Part shown: piece after piece, positions 54,755-62,963 of the stretch
Position numbering within the stretch: the stretch's first letter is position 1
Layout of the letters: every line of letters begins with the position of its first letter
Origin: Thalia democratica
Taxonomy: Eukaryota
Assembly: GCA_965202585.1 (NCBI GenBank)
Contig: OZ241826.1
Location: 93,930,001 to 93,994,000, forward strand
Length of the DNA: 64,000 nt
Direction: 5' to 3'
Notes under the pieces: generated by a model
Told to the model about the DNA's origin: nothing
Databases searched by the model: none
Seen by the model: the letters and a program-made list of their open reading frames with translations, nothing else
Position numbers and translations under genes: made by a program

Positions 54755-55406
54755 CTTCTTCACATTAATAAAATTTTACCACAGTTCTTCAAATAAAACT
54801 GTTTTTCAAAAATGTATCAAAAATGTATTTTATCAAACAAAAAATTATAAATTCAAGTATACAGTTTATTGAGGTAATTTACAATAAACACATAAAAGAG
54901 TAACTCAAATTATTTTGATAAAATATTTTCAAATAAAACTAGTGTTATTTTTTTATTACAGTCTTTCTATATAGTCAAACAAAGTTTTAAAACTCTATAT
55001 GTTTATTACAATAAAATTAAATCGAACGTGTTTAATTTATTTCGTAAACATAAAACATTTTACCTAATTTGTTCTTAATTTCGCTTTGAGACTTCTAATA
55101 TCTTATTTTTACACAATTCTTATTTTTATGTAATATTTTTTATTATTCATTGCTTATCCGTTCTTTAGTTTTGGAACTGAAAACGTTTATTTTTCGCAGG
55201 AATGAATGTGAAAGTTTAAAGCATTTAGCTAAAAAACGAATTATAAAAATTATATTTTTTTCGATGAATACACTTATTTATACTAATAGCTAACTTCAAA
55301 TCGAAGTGTATTAATTACAATCAAGATTATAACTAGTGATGTTTTAAAACAACTAAAGTTTTAAACTGAAAGTTCTCTGATCAAGCTGATAATTTAATAA
55401 AAAAAG

Positions 55407-55484
55407 ACATTTTGTTATGAACACTAAAGTTGGCGCTCAAATTTTAAGTGAAAAAATCGAGCTAGTTCGATTAATACGTCATAA
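55407..55484. repeat. Dispersed conserved module, copy 2 (partner at 2478-2556)
   Basis: 39/41 nt identity to 2478-2518, plus atacgtcataa at conserved spacing. Confidence 0.8.
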
Positions 55485-56718
55485 ACCGAAAGTTAATTTT
55501 TTCTAACAATTTTTCTTGAGCAATTCATTTGTTAACAGCAAGTTTAGAAGTTACAGCTTGCCAAGCTTGTATTAACAAATCTTCTCTCCATCAAAATTAT
55601 TTTAAACTATTTTGTTTACTAGTTTTATGTCTCAAATGTGTAGTAATGTAATAAGCTGGAGCTTGTTGAAAATGACCCAATAACTCTTATCAACTTTTTT
55701 TGTTCAAACAAAGATGCTATTACTTTCAACTTTTGTTCAGTCTACTTTGCAAGTATGGTTTAAATATGATGTTAGTTCAGAATTTCTTATTAGTGCATGA
55801 AAAAAGCTTAAGAATACTATTAAACCGTAGCAAGAATGTGTAGCTGTAGCAACATTTTGCACTAGAAGTATAAGTCAACACACACAAAGTGTCTACCTAA
55901 GCTGTCTTTTTTTTTTACAAATGCTCAGAAAATTAGATGTGTCTTTAGTCATACTGTTTCACAGAAATCTGATAATCAATAGCTAACTTCTAGATGATTG
56001 ACAAGTAACTAATTAAACACTGAAAATTCAATTTCTGACTTTTTTGCTAAACACTAAATTCAACATTGAATTTTTTACTTGACCAGTTGTGGAATGTTAC
56101 TTATTTCAATAATGGGTCATTTCTTCATTATCTGATTCTGCTTGATTTGCCTTTGTCAAACTTGCAATAAGTGTCTCTTTCTTCAGTAACTGGTGAAGAT
56201 GCTTGAGTGTCTTTTTCTGCGGTATTATGATCTTTAATACCTTTGATTCGCTTTTGTTTAGTTTAAGCATTTTAATGATTAACTATTTTATTTGCATAGT
56301 TCATTGATTAAACATAATTATCAACCAAAATCTAAATGTTGTTATATGCAATCAAGAATTGCACAAACATCTTATTCTGTTAAGAAGTAGTGCTATCAAA
56401 AAAACAGCATAAGTTTAATCAGTCTACGTTCTAATTTAAAAGGGAATTGTCTTAATGGTCTTTTACTGCTATGAAAGCGTCTATTGAAGTGAAATAGAAT
56501 GTGCTTATTAAGTTTTACTTCATATTATTTTGATTTAAGACAGTCCTACACACCTGAAGAATCCTAATTCTTGTACTTAATATTCTCAAAGACCAATCAT
56601 AAAGATAATTTGCCTCATTTGAGAAAAAAAGGTTAATTTGAACTGTTATAATCATTGCGCTAGTTAGTGTGAGCAAATCATTTTAATTAACCTTAAAGGT
56701 TTTTATTTCGTTTGATAA

Positions 56719-57386
56719 TGTAAGTGTGTCATAATATTAATATCGAAATTTTCGTAAACAATAAAAACTGCGATAAGCTTTCTCATCGGAATTTTCGTAA
56801 ACAATAAAAAGTGCGATAAGCTTTCTCATAAAAATCATTTAAAGTTGCATAACAAAATATCATTAAAAAACAAAACTGCGTTAAGCTTTCTCATCGGAAT
56901 CTTCGTAAACAATAAAACTGCGATAAGCTTTCTCATAAAAAATCATTTAAAGTTGCATAACAATAATCATTTTCCCATAAAAAAGCCAATATTGAGAGAA
57001 TATGTGTTCTTTCCGAATGCATATATAAGCGGTTGTTTAAGAAACAGTGCTCGCTTTTTGTTATGCCCTTGAAACAGCGCGGAACTCAACTATAAGCCGC
57101 AGGAAAGGTTTACTACGATCAAAGCTGCTACGACTTTCAAACGGATATCTGTAACGTGTTAGTGTGTTTTATAACTTGTCACTGCACTTTATACTTATTA
57201 AAGCACAATTACTTAATCACACTGAAGTTGTATAAAATAGCAGAAGTTTAGTAATAATATAAATGCCTCCAACGCGCGGAAAAACTTCCAAGTCGAAGAA
57301 ACTTTCCCTTCAACGAGTTTTGCGGTCCAAGGACAAAACGGACAAATCGACTAACATGGATAACTCTAATACAGGTTACAGTTTCA
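56719..57386 (+). repeat. Candidate 5' LTR (right boundary uncertain: about 57221, 57380 or 57386)
   Basis: Starts TGTAAG at 56719. U3-like tandem repeats at 56744-56971, TATATAA at 57022-57028, ATTAAA at 57197-57202. CA-ending candidates are at 57221, 57380 (GTTACA) and 57386. The 3' LTR is not in the window, so the boundaries are unverified. Confidence 0.55.
56744..56971 (+). promoter_or_regulatory. Tandem enhancer-like repeats in the LTR U3 region
   Basis: A 42-43 bp unit cg(a/g)aat(t/c)ttcgtaaacaataaaa..tgcgataagctttctcat occurs three times plus a partial copy, interleaved with aaaaatcatttaaagttgcataac x2. Confidence 0.7.
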
Positions 57387-58603
57387 ATGGAGACCACGCC
57401 CATGCACCGTCCGATAATAACCCGGAATTTTCGCAGCGCAGTATTAACGAAAACGTAACAGAAGAAACTCGCGCAAAGTCTAACATAAGTCCTAATAATT
57501 TAGACTCACATAAGGTTATAAGTGAGGGGGAAAATTTTATTTCGTCAACTAATCCCCAGGAAGATCTTGCGCTTACACGATCATTGTACAACCAAAAATT
57601 ATTAGAGGTCCAAAAGTTAGAAGCGCAGGAGGAATTAGTAAAATTACAAAATGATATTAAAAAACTAGATATTAGGTTAAATCAAAACAAAGTACAACAG
57701 ATGCCAGATTATTACGATCGCGATTTGCAACATAAAAGCGAACATTTTTTCGATAATTATGAAAACAGCCAAAATAATACTAACAATAATTTTAACGATA
57801 CACTTAGAGCACAAAGACTAAGTAAAAAATTTAAAAGATTAACCGTTGTAAGAAACCCGCGAGACACCATAAACTATTTCGAGGAGGAACTGTACGATGA
57901 AAACGTCATAAGCGACTCAGAAAAATACAATTATCTAATAGGGTTTTGGCCAAGAGAAGATATTTCAGATTATTATAAAATTATTGAAAGAGGCGAAAGA
58001 AATTATAACTCACTTAAAAACTTCTGTTTACACCGTGATAACGAATTAACCGAAATCTTAGACAAAATTCCGACCTGGGAAACCAAAACTACATTTAATC
58101 AAATCTTTTCAACGGCCACAAAATGGGCCAAATGCCCAGAAGACGACAGAATAAAGTTTTTTCTCGCGTACTTAATGCCCTCCGCAATAAAAAGTAAAAT
58201 TAAAGAGTATTACGACGCGGACCTTGATGTTTTTAGACGTAAAAGTCAAGCTATATGGAATGCCCATAAAGAAAGCGCATTACAAACTAGTCAAGTAAAT
58301 TACAATAGGCTACACAAACCCGCTCAAAATCATTATAGCTTTAGAAAAAACTATCAAGGTAGATTTCGCGCTGAGCCTCAACAAGAATCTTACCAAAGGC
58401 ATAATAATACAAACAATAACTACAATCACCAAAACCGAAATAGAAACTATGCGAACAATAACAACTCGAACCAATCTTATCAAAACTACCGATATAATGA
58501 AAACAGAGACCGAAACGATTCTAATTCGTATCCACGTCCTTATGCTCGCACAAACAATCAGAATCGACAACAGGGAAACGGGTCCCCGTCGTCCCGACAA
58601 TAA
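57263..58603 (+). CDS. gag: Gag-like polyprotein, 446 aa
   Basis: First long ORF after the LTR. It has a basic N-terminus, a coiled-coil segment, a helical capsid-like core (INYFEEELY...SEKYNYLI...YNSLKNFCL...LMPSAIKSKI) and an N/Q/Y/R-rich tail. No CCHC knuckle is seen. Confidence 0.85.
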   Translation: MPPTRGKTSKSKKLSLQRVLRSKDKTDKSTNMDNSNTGYSFNGDHAHAPSDNNPEFSQRSINENVTEETRAKSNISPNNLDSHKVISEGENFISSTNPQEDLALTRSLYNQKLLEVQKLEAQEELVKLQNDIKKLDIRLNQNKVQQMPDYYDRDLQHKSEHFFDNYENSQNNTNNNFNDTLRAQRLSKKFKRLTVVRNPRDTINYFEEELYDENVISDSEKYNYLIGFWPREDISDYYKIIERGERNYNSLKNFCLHRDNELTEILDKIPTWETKTTFNQIFSTATKWAKCPEDDRIKFFLAYLMPSAIKSKIKEYYDADLDVFRRKSQAIWNAHKESALQTSQVNYNRLHKPAQNHYSFRKNYQGRFRAEPQQESYQRHNNTNNNYNHQNRNRNYANNNNSNQSYQNYRYNENRDRNDSNSYPRPYARTNNQNRQQGNGSPSSRQ

Positions 58604-61600
58604 GAGGAAGAGACGATGGGTACAACAATAATCCTCTTAACAACACTATAAATAGCCCAACTAAAGTAGCTAATGTAACTCATCGTAAATATCATAACCA
58701 ACTTACAAACAAAAATAATAATCCTATATATAAACCTTACTTTAATGATGCCAAAAGGCTTACAAAAAAATCTAAACCATATCAAAATAATAATGAAAAA
58801 CCGCTTGCAAATACTAATTTATTAAACAGTAAAATGTCTACTACGAATAATTTGAAAAGTGATGATGTTTGGAAATTTGAAATAAAAAAAGCTTCACACG
58901 TTAGCTTTGAAAAATTACCACAAAGTTTACCATTTATAGTAGATAATAATTCCGAAGCATTATTTTTGGTCGATACGGGTTGTGAAATCAGTATTCTTCC
59001 AAAAAATCTAACAAATGGTATTAATCACTATTTTCGACCGCAAAGTAAGACCATACAGGGAATAAGTAATACTCCTATACATCCCTTAGGTAGTGTTAAG
59101 GTCATTTTAAAATTTGGTAATTTAAAAGATATCGAACATAATTTTTGGGTCACTCAAGAAAATAGAGAATACGGCATCATAGGAATTGACTTTTTGAAAA
59201 CTTATAAACTATCTATTTCGTTAGAAAACTCTAAGTTGTATCAAAATAAGACCAATCGTGTAGTTAAATTATATACGGCTAACGAATTGCCAAAATCGGT
59301 TGCAGTTACCTCACACAATTTAAAAATAACTGATAACGAATTTATTTCACACTTTGAGGATAAATGTAAAAACTTACTTAATGAATTTCCAGAACTTACA
59401 GAGACACCTGATTACACTCGACCAGTAAAACACGGGCATTCTTTGGAAATTATAGTCGAAAATTTTAGCCCTAAAATAGTCAAAGCGCGCCGATGTAATG
59501 GTGTAAGACGAAGGAAGGTTGAAGAAAATTTTAATGACCTTATTAATAGGGGTGCAATGTCACGTGGTACGGCAGATATGTGCGCTTCGCCCATTACGAT
59601 AGTTCCAAAGAAAGACAATTCCATACGTGTGTGTGTGGACTACACAATTCTTAATGCACACACACGCCCAATGTCTTACCCCTTGCCTAGGATTGATGAA
59701 CTTGCAGAAATCATTCCTGAAGGAACTAAGTATTTTTCGTGTCTTGATCTTAAGGAAGCTTACTATAGCTTGCCTATCAAGCCTAGTTCTCGAAAATATG
59801 CCGCAATAATAGCTCACCATGGGGTATTCATACCCCATCGCACGTCTTTTGGACTAAAAAATGCCCCAATGGCATTTCAGTCCATGATGCAAAGCATACT
59901 AGCAAGTTGCTCTGAGTATACATTTGTGTATCTTGATGATATTTTGATTTTCAGCAAGTCTGAAAATGATCATTTAAATCATCTCAGAAAAGTTTTACAA
60001 ACTTTACACAAGAGTGGGTTATATCTTAATTTACAAAAGTGTGTTTTTGCCAGAAACAAACTAGATTTTCTTGGTCATTCAGTAAGTATCGATGGGGTTG
60101 ATGTCCTAGAAAATAAAGTAGCAGCAATTAAAAACTTACCTATACCTACGAATCGCAAAGAATTAAAACGTTTTCTTGGCTTGTGCAATTATTATAATCG
60201 GCACATTCCAAAGCTAGCCAAGGTAACTGCTCCACTTAATGAAATATCAGGGGGCCCTAAATCTACTAATAGGAGACCTTTACATTTAAATGAAACCCAA
60301 ATTAAATCTTATAACGATACTCTAAATACATTGTCAAACGCAGCGACCCTCGCCTTTGAAGACCATGAGAGGCCACTAATCGTTTATTCAGACGCATCCG
60401 ATAATCACATTGGGGCTGTACTCGAACAGGAGGGTAAAAACGGGGAAAAACGTCCACTCGCATTTTTCTCTAAAAAACTTCCAGTTCTAAAAACTGTCAG
60501 ATCGACGTTTTTTAAAGAATTGCGTGCGTTATACTTAAGTCTAAAACATTTTCAAAGTCGCGTTATAGGTCGAAATTTAATTGTCAGGACTGACAGTCTA
60601 TCTGTAGCAAAAGCTATCAATAACCCTATGGGGAAACAATCTCCAATGGAACAGAGATACATTGCCGCAATTAAAGAATTTAATCCAATAGTTACTCATG
60701 TATCAGGAGATGAAAATAAGGTAGCGGATGCCTTAAGTCGACCCCCATTAGTGACGGCCATGTACATTAAAGTACCGCAAGAAGATTCGGATTACATCTA
60801 TACCTCCGAAGAAGATGACGAAGACAGTCTATCAGACTACCAGTCATCTGAAAGTGAGGAAGAAATCATTACCCCAGAATCTTTAAACAAAAAAGAGATA
60901 GCTAAGTTACAAAGCAACGAGCCTGATTTAATACAGGCAGCTTATGAACATAAAAAAGACGTTCGTTTTTTAAAACCAGAAAATTTAGCAGTAATAGTAG
61001 AAGACGACCAACAACGAATTATATTACCTTTTGTTTTAAGATTATCTGCTTACGAGTTAGCACATAGCTACTTACATTTAGGGAAAGAGAAATCTGTTTT
61101 AGCAACGGCAAAAGATTATTGGTGGCCAACGTTACGGAAAGATGTAGAGTATTACGTGCAAACGTGCTCAACCTGTCAAGCTACGCGAACGACGAGACAC
61201 AATCGTCCGAAACTGGGTTTTTACCCAGAAAACATTGAGCGTTTTCAGTTTGTTCATGTCGACCTCATAGGTCCAATTGAAAAAGATTCAGGAACTTTCA
61301 ATTATATTCTTACAATGAGAGATAGATCAACTGGCTTTCTTGCCACGGCTCCAATCGTAGACAAAAAAGCAGAAACAGTTAGAGATGCGTTTATACAAAA
61401 CTGGTGTGGACACTATGGTATTCCACAGGTCGTAATGACTGATAATGGACGTGAATTCTCAAATTTAATCTTAACTCGCACCTTTGAAGAGCTTGGTATT
61501 GACCATAGATTTACACCTCCTTACAGTCCCCAAACTAATGGTTTTGTGGAAAGAATACATAATCACATTAACGTAGCACTTAGGGCACTTTCTGATAAAG

Positions 61601-62136
61601 CAAACTGGCCTTTGCATTTGCCTTTAATAACGATAAACATAAACAACTCGTTTATGGAAGGGTCGCCTTTCACACCTTCACAATATGCGTTTGGAACGTG
61701 CGTAAATATTAGCGGTCGCGTAATGCTAAACGAAGTAAATGATAACGAGCCAGAAACCAGCGTATTCGACACTAAAATTTTCCTTCATACAATGTCTAAA
61801 GTTAGTAAAGTTCATAGAAAGCATGAAGAGAAAAAAGCTTATTACGAACCGGGTTTGTTTGAATGTGAACAAGTATGGTTAAAACGAAAAAGTAGAAAAA
61901 AACTTAGTTCTTTATACCAAGGGCCTTACCCCGTGCATTCATTTAGTGAACACTCGGCTATCATTGATAAAAATTCAAAGCTTATTAAGGTTAGTATTAG
62001 AAACATTAAAGCGTATTTTCCTAGGGAGGATCTTAACAAAAATGGCGAAAAAATAGGGAAAAATAAAGCGTATGATTTAAGAGAACGAAGAAATAAAATT
62101 AATTACGCAGAAAGTTCATCTGATGACGAAATATAA
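58525..62136 (+). CDS. pol: Pol (aspartic protease, reverse transcriptase, RNase H, integrase), expressed as a Gag-Pol fusion of about 1624 aa
   Basis: PR: FLVDTGCEIS. RT: RVCVDY..LN, YLDD. RH: DASD..IGAVLEQ, NKVADALSR. IN: H-H-C-C (AHSYLH...CSTC), VHVDLIGP, TDNGREF, NGFVERIH, GPY motif LYQGPY. The frame is stop-free from 58525, so the track's ATG at 58834 is probably not the true start. Confidence 0.95.
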   Translation, partial: FVSTSLCSHKQSESTTGKRVPVVPTIRGRDDGYNNNPLNNTINSPTKVANVTHRKYHNQLTNKNNNPIYKPYFNDAKRLTKKSKPYQNNNEKPLANTNLLNSKMSTTNNLKSDDVWKFEIKKASHVSFEKLPQSLPFIVDNNSEALFLVDTGCEISILPKNLTNGINHYFRPQSKTIQGISNTPIHPLGSVKVILKFGNLKDIEHNFWVTQENREYGIIGIDFLKTYKLSISLENSKLYQNKTNRVVKLYTANELPKSVAVTSHNLKITDNEFISHFEDKCKNLLNEFPELTETPDYTRPVKHGHSLEIIVENFSPKIVKARRCNGVRRRKVEENFNDLINRGAMSRGTADMCASPITIVPKKDNSIRVCVDYTILNAHTRPMSYPLPRIDELAEIIPEGTKYFSCLDLKEAYYSLPIKPSSRKYAAIIAHHGVFIPHRTSFGLKNAPMAFQSMMQSILASCSEYTFVYLDDILIFSKSENDHLNHLRKVLQTLHKSGLYLNLQKCVFARNKLDFLGHSVSIDGVDVLENKVAAIKNLPIPTNRKELKRFLGLCNYYNRHIPKLAKVTAPLNEISGGPKSTNRRPLHLNETQIKSYNDTLNTLSNAATLAFEDHERPLIVYSDASDNHIGAVLEQEGKNGEKRPLAFFSKKLPVLKTVRSTFFKELRALYLSLKHFQSRVIGRNLIVRTDSLSVAKAINNPMGKQSPMEQRYIAAIKEFNPIVTHVSGDENKVADALSRPPLVTAMYIKVPQEDSDYIYTSEEDDEDSLSDYQSSESEEEIITPESLNKKEIAKLQSNEPDLIQAAYEHKKDVRFLKPENLAVIVEDDQQRIILPFVLRLSAYELAHSYLHLGKEKSVLATAKDYWWPTLRKDVEYYVQTCSTCQATRTTRHNRPKLGFYPENIERFQFVHVDLIGPIEKDSGTFNYILTMRDRSTGFLATAPIVDKKAETVRDAFIQNWCGHYGIPQVVMTDNGREFSNLILTRTFEELGIDHRFTPPYSPQTNGFVERIHNHINVALRALSDKANWPLHLPLITININNSFMEGSPFTPSQYAFGTCVNISGRVMLNEVNDNEPETSVFDTKIFLHTMSKVSKVHRKHEEKKAYYEPGLFECEQVWLKRKSRKKLSSLYQGPYPVHSFSEHSAIIDKNSKLIKVSIRNIKAYFPREDLNKNGEKIGKNKAYDLRERRNKINYAESSSDDEI
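58573..58639 (+). other. Programmed -1 ribosomal frameshift signal (slippery heptamer plus H-type pseudoknot)
   Basis: G GGA AAC (58573-58579) is in gag phase, followed by a 5-nt spacer. Stem 1 is cccgtcgtc (58585-58593) / gacgatggg (58612-58620); stem 2 is taagagga (58601-58608) / tcctctta (58632-58639). The -1 frame is open from 58525 into pol. Confidence 0.85.
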
Positions 62137-62890
62137 GTCTGGCTGTAAATGCAAAAAAAATATTAAACTTATAGTTTCAGTTTTTTTCGGAATCACAAAT
62201 ATTGATTTTCTAAGTATAAACTTACTGGTAAAATCAGCAAAAGTTATTTTTGATAATCAATATTTTCTTATCATTTCACTTGTTGGGAAACAATGCTGAA
62301 ATTAATTTATTGAAATATTTTAATACTGAAACTAGTTTGAAACTAAGTTTTTGTGTTTAAGCAAAGAGAAAAAACTTTGACGACACCAGTTTAATAAAAA
62401 AATCATCTCTTATCAAGTTTTAAATTAATTGTTTCCTAAGTTTAAAACACTTGTCAGTTTTTATTACATTAGCAAGTTCAAGCGAAAATTATCGAAAGTG
62501 TTTCTTTTCACTCCCTAATGAATTTCATTCGCTACACGCGTAAACTTGCGGTTTTTATTTTCCCTTACTTTTTAAGTGTTCTGTTACGAACTTCAAAAAA
62601 ACCTATACAGTTTTCTTTGCTTTCGCTACAATTCCAAGAATTTTTTTCTTTATTCATATTCAAGCCTCTAGTTTTAAAACAGTGATTTTGTGAAACTTAA
62701 ATGTTTTATAGACATACTAAGCTTTCAAAGTTAAAATGTAAACCAAATCATGCACGTTTAAAAAAGATTACAAAACGGAAACACCTGCATAAACAAAAAT
62801 AAATCAATGTTATCTCGATGTTTAGTTTATTTTTAAACCGTACTCCTTTGATTATAAATAAAATGGATATTTATAAATTTCTATGACAAA

Positions 62891-62929
62891 CTTTTCTTTT
62901 CTCTTTTCCGTCTTTGTTTCGATATATAG
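62891..62929 (+). promoter_or_regulatory. Candidate splice acceptor for a subgenomic env mRNA
   Basis: A 30-nt pyrimidine tract (cttttcttttctcttttccgtctttgtttc) is followed by gatatatAG (62928-62929), ending 34 nt before the env ATG. Confidence 0.5.
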
Positions 62930-62963
62930 CGAACATCGTTTTGAAGCAAACATTTGTTTAAAG

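Noticed and set aside
58834-58836. ATG given as the pol start in the ORF track
   Set aside because: The frame is open from 58525, and an in-phase -1 slip site with a pseudoknot explains pol expression.
57376-61772. Short antisense and alternate-frame ORFs overlapping gag and pol
   Set aside because: By-products of codon structure in long ORFs; no recognisable motifs.
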